In this document: one piece after another, positions 10,984 to 25,900 of the stretch | How positions within the stretch are numbered: the first letter of the stretch is position 1 | Layout: each line of letters starts with the position of its first letter | Assembly: GCA_950097015.1 (NCBI GenBank) | Contig: CATNEN010000007.1 | Span: 6,572,001-6,636,000 of the forward strand | Reading direction: 5' to 3' | Length of the DNA: 64,000 nt | From: Macrostomum hystrix | Lineage: Eukaryota; Animalia; Platyhelminthes | Program-made: the position numbers and the translations under genes | Notes under the pieces: generated by a model | Database searches by the model: none | Told to the model about the DNA's origin: nothing | Seen by the model: the letters and a program-made list of their open reading frames with translations, nothing else

Positions 10984-13900
10984 GGCAGAACCGGCTGCTG
11001 CTGAGGTGGTTGCATCAGGCTCTGGTCGCAGAACACCTGGAACCCGGGCTGCGATTGTTGTTGCTGCTGCTGCTGCTGCTTTTGCAAAGAAGGCGGCGGC
11101 TTCGGAGCGGCCGCCCGCACTCCGGGCTCCTCGTCGTCAACCAGCATGGACTCTTCGCGGGCGTAGCGCGGCGGGGCTGCGTCGCGGAACAACGACTGCA
11201 GCTGGGCGAAGGCCTCCTTCGTGTTGACGGTTGGCGATGGCACCGTCAATGAGCTGGCGGTCGGCGGCTTGGCACCGCGCATTGGCGTTCGAGTTTCTTG
11301 CTGCTTCTGCTGCTGCTGCTGTTTCATTAGGTGCTGCTGCAGCTGCAGTTGCTGTTGCAGCTGCTGCACCTGACGCCTCAGGTCCTGAATCTCGGCATCG
11401 CGCTGCTCGAGGTCTTCTTGTATTCCTTCAACTCGCAGCTGTGGGAAAATCGAGGTTGTGATAAACCTAATCCCAAATCCCAACAAGCTAATCCCTATCT
11501 CCACAGCCTTTTCCCAATTCAACCTGACTAACCTAATTCCAGACCATCGCATGAAAATCCTAACCGACGTATTTAAAAATCCCAAAAAAGATTAAAAAAA
11601 TCCCGATCATCAATTCCTACCAGCTCAGCTTCAAGGCGGGCGCGCTTCTCCGAGAACTCAGTCCGATCGCGGTACATGGCGCGAATTCTGTCCTCCAGCT
11701 CGGCGACTTGTCGGATGAGGGCCTCGCGGTCGGCCCGCTCTCGACTGGCCTCCTCAACGGCCACGGCCAGCCGGTGCTCAAGCTCCGCCACCCGCTGCTC
11801 CAGCTGCTCGCGACAGCGGACCAGGGCGTCATTGGATGCGGCAAGGCGGCGGCACTGGGCAACCGACTCGCGCAGGGCGTCGGACTGGTCGGCCTGCTGG
11901 CGCTGAGGCTCGGCATTCGTCAGATCCCGCGACTGATCCCGAGAAAGATCCCGCGAGCGATCTCGCTGCTCGAGCTGCGAGTACTGCAGCTGCTGCTGCT
12001 GCGGCGGTGGCGGGGGCTGCGGCCACTGAGCAGCCGGTTGCTGAGGCTGCTTGTCCAGGTTCGGCGGCTTGAGTGGCACTGTAGGGTGGAGGTAATTTTT
12101 TGTGCAGCAAAGGCTGAGAAAATTTTGTGACGTGTGGGATCCAACAGGGTGCAAAGTACATCGCAAGCCTTCACTCCGCGGCTGCGCCCTAAATAAATGT
12201 GGCGTCGCCACGGATTCGAGCTCGGGTGTCGCACACTGGGAGTCACTAACCAGCCTTCGGGTGCCGAAGGGCCGCGCGTAGCTCCTCGAAGCAGACCTCC
12301 TGCAGGCCCATGTAGAGCTTGTCGATCTGGCACATAAAACGCTCGCCAGGCCGCTGCAGATGATTTGGCAACAGCTGCTGCTGCTGCTGCTGCTGCTGCA
12401 AATCGAAGGCGCTGAACAGCTTGGATGGCGAGGTCTCGTCGTGGCCCTGACGCGGCCTTTTTGGCGCGCACTCAGACAGGCCGCGCTTGTAGGCGGTGGC
12501 TGGCGTTGCTGCTGCGGCTGAAGCCCCCGCCGCCAGCTGCAAAACGTCTTCGTCCTCGTGCACCTGCAGCGCTGCCGGCTTCTCTGCGGCGGCGGCGGCG
12601 GCAGCTGCTTCGCGTCGTCGACTCTCCTGGAGGCCGCCGCGTTCGTTCCAGGGACGCGGCTCCGTTGAGTTCTCTTTGTAGCCCTCCGACACTGCGTCGA
12701 ATTCGGCGACATTGCTGGCGCGCTGCTGTCGCTGTCGGCCGCCAACAATCGCGCCGTTTTCGTCCGCTACGCCAGCCGACGCTGGCACAACGAACTGGGC
12801 CGACGCATTCCGATTGCCAGCGGCGGCTGCGGCGGACGAGTGCTGCTGCTGCTGCTGCTGGCCCGGGTGCAGCCCGCTCTGGTCGCCTGCAGTTTTGGAG
12901 CGGGTACAGGCGGGAAGGATTTACAGGTGGGATGGATAACTGACTGGGTACAGATTACAGGTGGGATGGATAACTGACTGGGTACAGATTACAGGTGGGA
13001 TGGATAACTAACTGGGTACAGATTACAGGTGGGATGGATAACTGACTGGGTACAGATTACAGGTGGGATGGATAACTGAATGGGTACAGATTACAGGTGG
13101 GATGGATAACTGACTGGGTACAGATTACAGGTGGGATGGATAACTGACTGGATACAGATTACAGGTGGGATGGATAACTGACTGGGTAGAGATTACAGGT
13201 GGGATGGGTAACTGACTGGGTAGAGATTACAGGTGGGATGGGTAATCGACTGGGTACAGATTACAGGTGGGTGGGTAAAATATGGCCATAGATTACAGGT
13301 GAGATGGGTAGTTTACAGGGTTAAACGGGTCAAAAAGTGAAATCTGAGATCGTAGATCAAGCTGCTGGACACGATATATTTTTCCCAGTAGATAAACTAG
13401 ACTTCCACTTGCGTTTTGCAAAAAGCATTCTAATTTTAGACTTTCAAATTAGAGACCCAACTGGCGAGGATTCGTCGATTGTGGAGGCCGGGGTGGAGTG
13501 GCGGGTCGAATCGGCTGCGGAGCGGATTTCACGCGCCGAGGAAGCCGGCCGTGTGTTTGTCGAGTCAACAGTCAGGATGGCAGGGTGCCCGCCGGAGCTA
13601 CTCGGCCGGTCTCGCCTCCCAGCTTAGCCCCCCCCGCCCATGAGCCTCCCACCCGCATTCACTGAAAGTGTTCGCGTTGACAATTTCTCTCTTCCGTCCA
13701 TTGCAAGCCGAGAAAATGCAAATCCAGCTGACGACTGAGGACCCACAGGGGTTGGCAGCGAGCTAGCAACCACAATGGACCGGGTGAGAGTAGAGGAGTA
13801 GATAGATGAGGCATTGGGGTAAGAGTAGAGGGGTAGATAGATGAGACATTGGGGTGAGGGTAGAGGGGTAGATAGATGAGAAATTAGGATAAGACTAGAG

Positions 13901-16900
13901 GGGTAGATAGATGAGAAATTAGGATAAGACTAGAGGGGTAGATAGATGAGAAATTAGGATAAGACTAGAGGGGTAGATAGATGAGAAATTAGGATAAGAC
14001 TAGAGGGGTAGATAGATGAGAAATTAGGATAAGACTAGAGGCGTAGATAGATGAGGCATTGGGGTGAGAGTAGAGGCGTAGATAGATGAGGCATTGGGGT
14101 GAGAGTAGAGGCGTAGATAGATGAGGCATTGGGTGAGACTAGAGGCGTAGATAGATGAGACACTAGGATAAGACTAGAGGCGTAGATAGATGAGACACTA
14201 TGATAAGACTAGAGGCGTAGATAGATGAGGCATTGGGGTGAGAGTAGAGGAGAGATAGATGAGACATTGGGGTTAGAGTAGAGGCGTAGATAGACAAGCA
14301 ATTGGGCCGAGAGATATGCAGACACACTCACAGAAGTACAAGCAGGCAGAGCAATTAGACTGATATAGATTTGTTATCATGAAGAGATGGACAAATGGGG
14401 TCACATTAATACTTGCGCGCAAAGAACTCAAGTGCACAGAAACTGAGACAGACAGTCAGAGGGGCTGTGCGCGCATGCCGGACAGATGAGTTGGCATTTA
14501 GAGCAAACCGAAGATGGAGGCGACGGGGATTTCTGCGAGTTTCGAACTGGCAGCCAGAATAGTGAGATGCGGGATAATGGCTTTGGGGGAAATTGCGGCT
14601 CACAGCGAGACTGGGAGTCGGGGACGCGAGGCAGGGGATCAGGCATGGTGAAGAGAGAAGAGAGGAAGCCGAGGAAACTTGATTTATCCCACCAGCGCCG
14701 AGCTTCTCAACGGCGGCGGCCGTCTAATTGGCCGAGGGGATATCGACATTTTGCCTAAAACGTCCTGCCCAGACTCAGTGAGCCGATCTGGGCCAGTTTT
14801 CCAAGAAACCTCTCTGCGAGAAGCCGCCTCTTATGGCGCGCTTGAGACAGCTGAAAGCGAATGACTTTGACGGACGGCTCTGCACTGCATTGGCATTTTG
14901 ACGTCTGTGTGACAAAGGGTAGAAAATATTGAAGAAAACAATGCTATGAGAAAGTATGAGTTAGATAGATGAGACCACGGGATGATAAAGGGTGGGGAAC
15001 ATAGATTAGACAATGGGATCATGGGATGAGACAGTGGAAGATAGATTAGACAATGGGATGAGAGAGGGTGGGGAAGAAAGATTAGACAATGGGATGAGAG
15101 AGGGTGGGGAAGATAGATTAGACAATGGGATGAGAAAGGGTGGGGAAGATAGATTAGACAATGGGATGAGAGAGGGTGGGGAAGATAAATTAGACAATGG
15201 GATGAGAGAGGGTGGGGAAGATAGATTAGACAATGGGATGAGAGAGGGCGGGGAAGTTAGATTAGACAATGGGATGAGAGAGGGTGGGGAAGATAGATTA
15301 GACAATGGGATGAGAGAGGGCGGGGAAGTTAGATTAGACAATGGGATGAGAAAGTGGAAGATAGATTAGACAATGGGATGAGAGAGGGTGGGGAAGATAG
15401 ATTAGACAATGGGATGAGAAAGGGTGGGGAAGATAGATTAGACAATGGGATGAGAGAGGGTGGGGAAGATAGATTAGACAATGGGATGAGAAAGGGTGGG
15501 GAAGATAGATTAGACAATGGGATGAGAAAGTGGAAGATAGATTAGACAATGGGATGAGAAAGGGTGGGGAAGATAGATTAGACAATGGGATGAGAAAGTG
15601 GAAGATAGATTAGACAATGGGATGAGAAAGGGTGGGGAAGATAGATTAGACAATGGGATGAGAAAGGGTGGGGAAGATAGATTAGACAATGGGATGAGAA
15701 AGGGTGGGGAAGATAGATTAGACAATGGGATGAGAAAGTGGAAGATAGATTAGACAATGGGATGAGAGAGGGTGGGGAAGATAGATTAGAGAATGGGATG
15801 AGAAAGGGTGGGGAAGATAGATTAGACTATGGGATGAGAAAGGGTGGGGAAGATAGATTAGACAATGGGATGAGAAAGGGTGGGGAAGTTAGATTAGAAA
15901 GGGGGTTACAAATCTGGCTCGTAATTAGATAATTGTATTTTAAAGCAGATAAAACTGTATAAAGATATAGACTGGTTAGATGTAAGGATAAAGCAGTGAA
16001 CTATAATTATTCTATTGTAGATTCCAACGCTATAGTTAAATGAAAGCAGCATCAATTACACCAGCACGCTATGGAGCAGGAGGCGGTCTTTCTTAGAAAG
16101 AAGGTTGAAGTAGCCGAAGGCTTGTTATCCCTAGGATAAACATGTAACAGAAAACTGCATGGCAAAAAGAAACACAGCAGCAGGATGCGCGCAGTTTTAA
16201 CAAAGCCTCTTCATTGTTTTCGCTTCTGCCACAGATATTTGAAATGCATTTTTCTAAACTGGGCAAAGGAACAGCTGCCTTCTAGTAGAAAGAGATTGAC
16301 AGGCGAAGCACGGAAAAATCCTACAAGCTGGTTCTGTCTAATTTGAAAGTGATTGCGAGACAATCTCGAATACTGAACTCGGTGCATTCCATCCCCAGAG
16401 TGGTATCTGATAAGGTGCCAGGAGCCACTTACGAGACAGTGCGTTGCCCACGCGCATCACTGGGGCCCGCCCGGCTGCCGTGGTCCTCAGTGCCGCCAGA
16501 GCTTTGCGAGTCCGCGAACTGCCGGCGCCTGGCGCAGTGGCCGACGACTGCTGCTGCTGATATGGATCCAGCACCGAGTCCGGCCGCATCTGCGTGTCGT
16601 TGCCATCGAGCATCAGGCTCTGCAGGCCGGCTTGGTGACCGAGACGGCGCTTGAATAGCCTGCAATGTTTGGCAGCCATTTGTACCTGCGCTGACTGCGA
16701 CTGTGGACAGACACCCAGGACAGACAGACACCTAGGACAGACAGACACCTAGGACAGACAGACACCTAGGACAGACGGACACATAGGACAGACAGATACC
16801 TAGGACAGACAGACACCCAGGAGAGACGGACACCTAGGACAGACAGACAGACACCAAGGACAGACAGACAGACAGACACCAAGGACAGACAGACACCTAG

Positions 16901-19900
16901 GACAGACAGACAGACAGACACCAAGGACAGAAAGACACTCTGAACAGATGGGCACATAAAACGGGCACCTACGAGCGTACAGCAGACAGATAAACAAACT
17001 GAAATTTGCAACCCAGCAGCAAAGCTGTCAGGCGTCCGCATCTCATAAAAGTGCATAAGAGTGCCGGATCCAGAGCGGGGACCGTGATAGCTGGGGTCGC
17101 AGCGTGAAAGCGGGCAGTTTAATTTCCTGAGCACAACTGGGGAGCAATTTTCGAAATAAATCCCCGGTATTTGCATTGGCTTTCAATTAGAAAATTACAT
17201 TTGCTACTAGCGGAAGATTAGAATGCAAAAAATCAATTTTAGAAGTGGGGAGAAAAACACAGACTCCTTCTGGATGAGAAAAACAGTTGTTTAAAAATCT
17301 TACTGGTTACATTGTTTAAAACTTTGGGGAACTCGAGACCTAGTGGTTAGATCTGAACGAAAGGTCGGGAGTTCGATTCTCATTAATGAAAAAGAATTGA
17401 GAATAGAATTTTCGCTGCGGATTCGAACCAGGGACCCTCTGAGAGAGATGGGGTGGGAGTGCAGCAAAGCGCGGAGAGGAAATAGCCAGCAATCGCAGAG
17501 TCCGAGCGCCTCAGGGGGAAGGGGGCGGGGCAGCGCAGAACAGATGAGCGACAGAATGAAACTGACAGCCCCCCGGGGTTGGGTGACGCGAGGGAAATAA
17601 AGTTTGCGCTCCACCGCCGGAGTAGCCAACTAGGGGACTGTTGTTAATCACGACGAGCGCAATGTGATTAGCACCTCGGCTGGGAGCAGAGGGGTGGGGA
17701 ATGGAGCAGGGCCAGCCTCTAACTCCATTAAGGCCCCAGCTGCCGCGCACAACTACGCGGCCTCAACCCTCGACTCTCAGACCCACTGGCCAGGTCATAG
17801 CATTTCCCATTTTCAAACTCTCCCTCCCGATTTCCCACTTGCACCCGGCTCCCCAGAGAGGGTCGGGTGGGACGCGGGTGCAGTTAATATTTACATTTCT
17901 CATAGCTAGTTATAGCTCATTATCCACAGCTGCGAGCCAGGGAACATGATGGACAGTGCGACTGGGCTGAGCTACCGTTGAACCATTTGTGAGACAATTA
18001 TTATAATAAATAGGGCACCGATTTGAATGCAGATAGGGTTCTTAATTAGCTTAGCATCGCCATATCAAATATCTGTCGCTGGAAGTCAGCAGTAAAAAAG
18101 GTCAAATTATTACTTCCAAAGTAAGGATCAAAGGATCCAACAAGGACCCTTACTTACCACGAGAACAGAACCCTGAACCCCTACTTACCATGAGAACAGA
18201 ACCCTGAACCCCTACTTACCATGAGAACAGAACCCTGAACCCCTAATTACCATGAGAACAGAACCCTGAAATCCTACTTACCACGAGAACAGAACCGTGA
18301 ACCCCTACTTACCACGAGAACAGAACCCTGAACCCCTACTTACCACGAGAACAGAACCCTGAACCCCTACTTACCACGAGAACAGAACCCTGAACCCCAA
18401 CTTACCACGAGAACAGAACCCTGAACCCCTACTTACCACGAGAACAGAACCCTGGACCTGCACTACCAGGAAAAAACCCTGAACCCCTACTTACCACGAG
18501 AACAGAACCCTGAACTCCTACTTACCACGACAACAGAACCCTGAACCCCTACTTACCACGAGGACAGAACCCTGAACCCCTACTTACCACGAGAACAGAA
18601 CCCTGAACCCCTACTTACCACGACAACAGAACCCTGAACCCCTACTTACCACGACAACAGAACCCTGAACCCCTACTTACCACGACAACAGAACCCTGAT
18701 CTCCTACTTACCACGAGAACAGAACCCTGGACCCGCACTATCAGGACAGGACCCTGGACCCGCACTATCAGGACAGGACCCTGGACCCGCACTACCAGGA
18801 CAGGACCCTGGACCCGCACTACCAGGACAGTACCCTGGACCCGCACTACCAGGACAGTACCCTGGACCCGCACTACCAGGACAGGACCCTGGACCCGCAC
18901 TACCAGGACAGTACCCTGGACCCGCACTACCAGGACAGGACCCTGGGCCCGCACTACCAGGACAGGACCCTGGACCCGCACTATCAGGACAGTACCCTGG
19001 ACCCACACTACCATGACAGTACCCTGGACCCGCACTACCAGGACAGGACCCTGGACCCGCACTATCAGGACAGTACCCTGGACCCGCACTACCAGGACAG
19101 GACCCTGGACCCGCACTACCAGGACAGGACCCTGGACCCGCACTACCAGGTGGATAAGCCCATCAGACTCACTCGAACTTCTCCGTGAGAAATTCCAGGG
19201 GCTGCGCTCGGCACCGGATGCCGTGCTCGTACTTTTCGCCGGCAGCTTTGAGGTCCCCGCGGCGCTCAAGAGCCAGCGCGTAGCTGTACCAGAAGTAGGC
19301 CACCATCGTGCCGATGCCGCGGTGGAACATGAAGTCGTAGGTCACCGCCGCCTTGGACTCTTCCAGCTCGGCCTGCGGTGAGGTGAAAGCGGTTGATGAA
19401 ATTTTATTACGTGTTTAAAAACTGTATTTCAGCACTTTTGATGGTATAATACACAATTTGCACCAGCGACATTTCCCCTTGCTTTATCTAGCTCACTCTC
19501 CCCTCTCTAGCTAGCTCACTCTCCCCTCTCTAGCTAGCTCACTCTCCCCTCTCTAGCTAGCTCACTCTCCCCTCTCTAGCTAGCTCACTCTCCCCTCTCT
19601 AGCTAGCTCACTCTCCCCTCTCTAGCTAGCTCACTCTCCCCTCTCTAGCTAGCTCACTCTCCCCTCTCTAGCTAGCTCACTCTCCCCTCTCTAGCTAGCT
19701 CACTCTCCCCTCTCTAGCTAGCTCACTCTCCCCTCTCTAGCTAGCTCACTCTCCCCTCTCTAGCTAGCTCACTCTCCCCTCTCTAGCTAGCTCACTCTCC
19801 CCTCTCTAGCTAGCTCACTCTCCCCTCTCTAGCTAGCTCACTCTCTCCTCTCTAGCTAGCTCACTCTCCCCTCTCTAGCTAGCTCACTCTCTCCTCTCTA

Positions 19901-22900
19901 GCTAGCTCACTCTCCCCTCTCTAGCTAGCTCACTCTCCCCTCTCTAGCTAGCTCACTCTCCCCTCTCTAGCTAGCTCACTCTCCCCTCTCTAGCTAGCTC
20001 ACTCTCCCCTCTCTAGCTAGCTCACTCTCCCCTCTCTAGCTAGCTCACTCTCCCCTCTCTAGCTAGCTCACTCTCTCCTCTCTAGCTAGCTCACTCTCCC
20101 CTCTCTAGCTAGCTCACTCTCCCCTCTCTAGCTAGCTCACTCTCCCCTCTCTAGCTAGCTCACTCTCCTCTTCTGAGCGAGCTCACTCTCCTCTTCTGAG
20201 CTAGCTCACTCTCCTCTTCTGAGCTAGCTCACTCTCCTCTTCTGAGCTAGCTCACTCTCCTCTTCTGAGCTACTCTCCCCTCAGTAGATACGAATTCCGG
20301 AATCGGAAATAGGTCATTTTTCACTTAATGGGCACAGGCCTTTGCCCAAGCTTCAACGAACACCCCCACCTTTGGATATCCACCACGCCGGTCTCAGGCA
20401 AGAGAGTTTGAGTTTGGCAGAGAAGCGGTGGGAAAGCATTGAGGCTCGAGCTTAGACAGCAAAGTGCACAATAAAAAGTTAAGGGGTAAAGAATGGACCC
20501 AGAATGACCAATGCAATGTAGGCTAAATTCCCTTAAGGCAATTTAAAAAAGAGTACAGTAAACGCAACAGCAACAGCAGCTAGCAGTTTGCCTCCTAGCA
20601 GAAACTTGCTGAGGCCCGGGGCAAAGACCGAATGCCGCCTCTCCGAAGAAGCCGAGGACTAGAGACCGTGGGCGCAGGGGAGGGGGCAAATTTCATGGCC
20701 AGCTGATTGGGTAAATAAAATTCTACCAGGTGCGGCTTGCTCCGTCACCACGGCCTATTCTATTCGACAGTCCATCTCTGCTTGTCTGCTAGATCAAGTG
20801 GGACGGGAACAAACTAGTTTTAAAAACAAATTTTGCACTTCTTTGTGCAATAAAATATATACGAAATAAGCCACCTCAGATTATAAAAATGGCATAATGT
20901 CGCATGGTACACAGTCTTTAGGGCCACAACCGTTCGCCCAGGTCTAAAAGGAAGACCTGTTGAACACACTGGAAGCCCACAAAGAGTTTGATGATTTGAT
21001 TAAGAAAGGGCCTAAAACTAGCTAGCCGCACCGTCTGATTGACACTCCAATGTAATCAGCCCAGCTAATGCCTGCCGGCATGCAGTTCCAATTGCGAAAG
21101 AAAATGCACTACTTGAATCGGCCTACAAATGCCTAATTTTAGCTAGTCTAAAATACCAGCTATCGATGATGGACGAATCATAGAAAACTTTCAGCAACCT
21201 AAACCTGACATTGAGATGCCTTTGATCTCAGAAGCAAATTATACGACGGTGAAAACCGTGTTGCGATGAAATGCGCCTGATCTCGCTTTGCAGCAAATAA
21301 AACATTCCAAGGATAAAACAAAAATAAAAAAATAAAAGCTGGGTATAGAAAAAACTGATAAAATTAAGCAAAAAAAGAAAGAAATCAAAATGCCTTTTTA
21401 GAAAAGCAACAATTCGTGCACTTCTTAGAAAGCGGAAGCATTTACTAGAAGGCAGAAGTCTTTCTACGAAATGATAAGCTTTTTAGAAAGCGAAAGTTTT
21501 TCTTAGAAAGCGGAAGTCTTTCTAAGAAACTATAAAAGCATTTAGAAAGCGGAAGTCTTTCTAAGAAACTATAAAAGTATTTAGAAAGCGGAAGTCTTTC
21601 TAAGAAACTATAAAACCATTTAGAAAGCGGAAGTCTTTCTAAGAAACAGCTTAACCTACAGAGCGATGATAAGTTTCTAAGAAAGCAGAAGCCGTGAAAA
21701 GAGCAGAAGCATTTCCATAAAAGCAACTAGAAATTTCCCGAGGCCTGAGGCGGGAGTAGGGCTTTATAGATTTGCATAAAGAAATGAATGGCTACCCACG
21801 AGTTAAAAGGAAGAAAATAAGAGAAAGATAGAGAGATATGATGGCGTACGAGCCAACAAGGGAAGGCAAAAAGGCGACTTCACTGGGAAAGCTGGGGTCT
21901 TAAGTCCTGACAGGAAAAGCTATCCCATAGCTACAGTAAAATGTAAGCTATTGCCATTCGGATTGCAGTTGAAGTCAAGTCTTTACTGTGAAAAAGGTCG
22001 CCAGAGAGCGTATGAGCGGGTGACTGAGTGAGCGAGCGATTCTAGCAACCGACTTAAACTAGAGCGCCGGGTCGGCCATAAATCTTCTGCAGGCCTGTTT
22101 TTCTCTCAATCTCTAAAGTTGCTTTTAGGAGAAGGTACCAGCGATTTATTTTTCATCTGTCCGCCAGGAAGGACCTCCAGCCCCTCCAACCCGAACAAAT
22201 AGGAAAATTCCCATTTGGATTGCGCACATGAATATTGAATGGTACTTGCGACACAGCCTTTCTTGGTGAACAATACTGCGAAACACGGGCCAGAAGTCAA
22301 GTAGCATATAAAATTGCGGTTTTTGAAAGGAAAAAACTAGCGCTGGTCAATTAAACTGGCATGCAAGGTGAGATTATTATGCGAGAAGGGCCTCATTTTT
22401 TAGCAATACTCTCAGTGGGGTTTAGGCACTGGTGCATTATTTGGCGACATTCGACCCGCCAGCCAGCGATTCAGTCCGTTCCACTGACCTCTGAGCACAC
22501 ACTGAACATCTCAAGGCTGCGTACGGCTGTTCAGTCCATGGACTGGGGAGACGTCACATCACCCTCAATTGCCTAAGCTAGTTAGTGCTCGTAACACCTG
22601 GGTGAACTGAAGCAATGGAGAGTTCAGTGTTTTGGTAAAGGACAAAAATTGTTTAATTGGAGTTAAGAATCGAACCCCAGACCTTCAAGTCATGAGTCCG
22701 ACGCTTTAACCCCTAGGCTAAAGCCCCGCTCCACAAAAGGGTGTACCATCCACCCACTGAGTGACAAAGTATAACAATGGCTCAAACCAGAAAAAATGAT
22801 GAGAAACAAGTCCAGTCCGATAGAGTGCAGTAGTGCAGTAGGAAACAGTATATTAAAACAAATATTTGCTACCACTTGCTGTCGCCTGTCAAACAATGCG

Positions 22901-25900
22901 GAAACAGGATTTAGACAGCTGCCTGAGATGCCTGAATTGTTCATTGTCACTCAGTCCGAAAAATTGACGCAGTTTTTCGCATTAGTTCAAGTGCTTTAAG
23001 TAGAATATAAATAAATTTCTTAGAAATACAAATGAAGGGACGCAGTGTGTCTGGCTCAACTTAGATGTCGGAGTTCAGCTGCGCCTCAAGTTCAAAGAGA
23101 ATTTTTTTAAGTCGGGAAAAATTCTTCTTTTTAAGGTCTTGAATAAACCAGCTTTTAGATTAAATTTTGTTAAGCCGATGCCACTGAATAGCCAATGAAT
23201 TGTTAGCAGGGCTAGTTTTATAAAAACCATTTGCAGATTGAACTTATACTATTAATAATCGCTGGCTTTCTCATGTTTTCTCAAGAACTCGCCACAATAC
23301 CCTTCTGTGGAGTTGCTTTAAAGTGTTCTACTTTACGCAGCCGAAAATATGCCCAAACTTCACAAAACCGAAGCTTCACGATACCGAAATTTCACAAAAC
23401 CGAAACTTCACAATACCGAAACTTCACAATACCGTAACTTCACAAAACCGAAACTTCACGATACCGAAACTTCACGATACCGAAACTTCACAAAACCGAA
23501 GCTTCACGATACCGAAACTTTACAACACCGAAACTTTACAAAACCGAAGCTTCACAAAACCGAAGCTTCACGATACCGAAACTTCACGATACCGAAACTT
23601 CACAATGCCGAAACTTCACAAAACCGAAGCTTCACGATACCTTCACAAAACCGAAGCTTCACGATACCTTCACAAAACCGAAGCTTCACGATACCGAAAC
23701 TTCACAATGCCATAACTTCACAAAACCGAAACTTCACAAAACCTAAACTTCACAAAACCGAAGCTTCACGATACCGAAACTTCACAATACCGAAACTTCA
23801 CAAAACCGAAGCTTCACGATACCGAAACTTCACAATGCCATAACTTCACAAAACCGAAACTTCACAAAACCGAAACTTCACGATACCGAAACTTCACAAT
23901 GCCGAAACTTCACAAAACCGAAGCTTCACGATACCTTCACAAAACCGAAGCTTCACGATACCTTCACAAAACCGAAGCTTCACGATACCGAAACTTCACA
24001 ATGCCATAACTTCACAAAACCGAAACTTTACAAAACCGAAACTTCACAAAACCGAAGCTTCACGATACCGAAACTTCACAATACCGAAACTTCACAAAAC
24101 CGAAGCTTCACGATACCGAAACTTCACAATGCCATAACTTCACAAAACCGAAACTTCACAAAACCGAAACTTCACGATACCGAAATTGCAAACTTTTTCG
24201 TTCTGACCTATTGATTTGATGATTTACGGATAAAACTGACTTATTGAATTTTTCAGCCTTCTTTGCATTTAGTTCTCTGCTAGAATTTCTCAAAGCTTCA
24301 GCAAAGATAAACTCTTGCCCGAACATTCCACAAGCAGCAGCTTCTGCAACACTAACAGACTAGAACCTGTTTACAGTTGCAGGAAAAACTCGCCAAAACT
24401 GGTTTGCTTACGTAAAGAATAGCATTTGAATTTTATTAGCGATGGAAAATGTAGCAGAAAACAGAAGATATGAAGGCCTGACAAGAAAGAGACCTGAAAA
24501 ATTTTCCGAAATGTCATAAAAAGGATAACGCTTTAAAGCTGCGATCCAATTGAATTCGACGCTCTAAACTACAAATTTAACCGAATAATTTTTTTCACGA
24601 GGATCAATACAGAGAAGGACAGCAAGGGCCTAACATGGGCCGGACGGCAGTAGCAGAGGACGAAACTGACAGCCAACTGACACTTTCAATATCAATCAGG
24701 GAAAGCTGGGACACCTACAGCCCAGTCCTGTTCTGTTGGGGAGAGTAGAAATTTAGACTGACACACCGACTGGCAACTGCGGAAGCAACTGGAGCCAACG
24801 GGTTTGAAAACAGACAAGAAGAGCACCGGGAGAAGGCCTGGGGATGACAGGGCTGGCCACACTCGACAGGGTTCAACAAGGCCGGCTTGGCCAGAGCAGT
24901 GGAGATGAGAGCAGTCTGGGAGTTTTTTTTAACTTCTCACAAACCCTCGCCTCCCCAAAAAACAAGTCGAAAGAAGGCCAGACCAGATCATAGGCCCAGT
25001 CGCGGCACTATGACGCTGTCGGCAGCATAAAGGACCCACGGGAGCATACAACAGAATAGCGTGCTCCACAGAAATTACAAGTCAGTGTGGAAAGAAAGCA
25101 CTAAGCCAAAGAAATCTGTCTGCGAGATCAGCATTGCGCCGTGAGCGGCTGAAAACCAGGCCGCTGCGGGAAGCTTTCAACTGGTCCGCTTGCGTATAGG
25201 AACGGCTGTCAAGCAGCCAGCCTCTGATCCGCATTCAGTTGCAACTTTTTCGAGGTTAAAACAGGACAAGCCATAGTTTTGTAGAAGGCCAGAAGCAGCG
25301 CCCCTAACCCAGGAGATTCCGGCCGGAAGATTGTCGTTATCGCCCAAGATCCAACGATAAACGAATGAAAAAATACTCGTAGGCAAGAGCAAAGGCGGAA
25401 TTCCCAAAGCGTTCATCCACATAACTGGAACTATCAGCTAGTGGTCATCTTGTTAAAGTATTCTGCTCTGACACATAACTGGAACTATCAGATAGTGGTC
25501 ATCTTGTTAAAGTATTCTGCTCTGACACATAACTGGAACTATCAGATAGTGGTCATCCTGTTAAAGTGTTCTGCTCTGAAGCACGGCCTTCGGTCACTGC
25601 CAGTTCCAAGTATATCGGGCACAGCAACAGAAAAATAGGCAGGGAAAATATTCACACATGGCACACTCGGAATACTTAAGTGCAAGAAAGCTGATGCACC
25701 CAACGACAAGGGCGACAATAATTTTAATTGCCTGGCCGTTGCTTAGAGGCCACTGGCAATCGATTAGTAAGCTGAGCATTGGATAAGGCGAAGAGGTGGG
25801 CCAGGAAACCAGACTCGGAGCCGGTTGCTGGGCCCAGCTCAAGTCAAAAGACTCAGAACTGAATGCATTCAGGCGGTTGCTAGCTCCCTCTTAGTTGGGC

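Noticed and set aside
11573-12748. 391-aa minus-strand ORF
   Set aside because: It is a chimera of the wrong frame of exon 12886-12251, an intron with a SINE fragment, and the true exon 12078-11621.
9538-12943. Numerous plus-strand Ala/Leu/Arg-rich ORFs, and similar ones opposite Dscam, stomatin and TRANK1
   Set aside because: These are antisense shadows of GC-rich, CAG-repeat-rich coding exons and show no domain signal.
22757-22955. 12-nt inverted repeat (actgagtgacaa..ttgtcactcagt) suggesting a ~200-nt MITE
   Set aside because: Single copy in the window with no clear target-site duplication; insufficient support.
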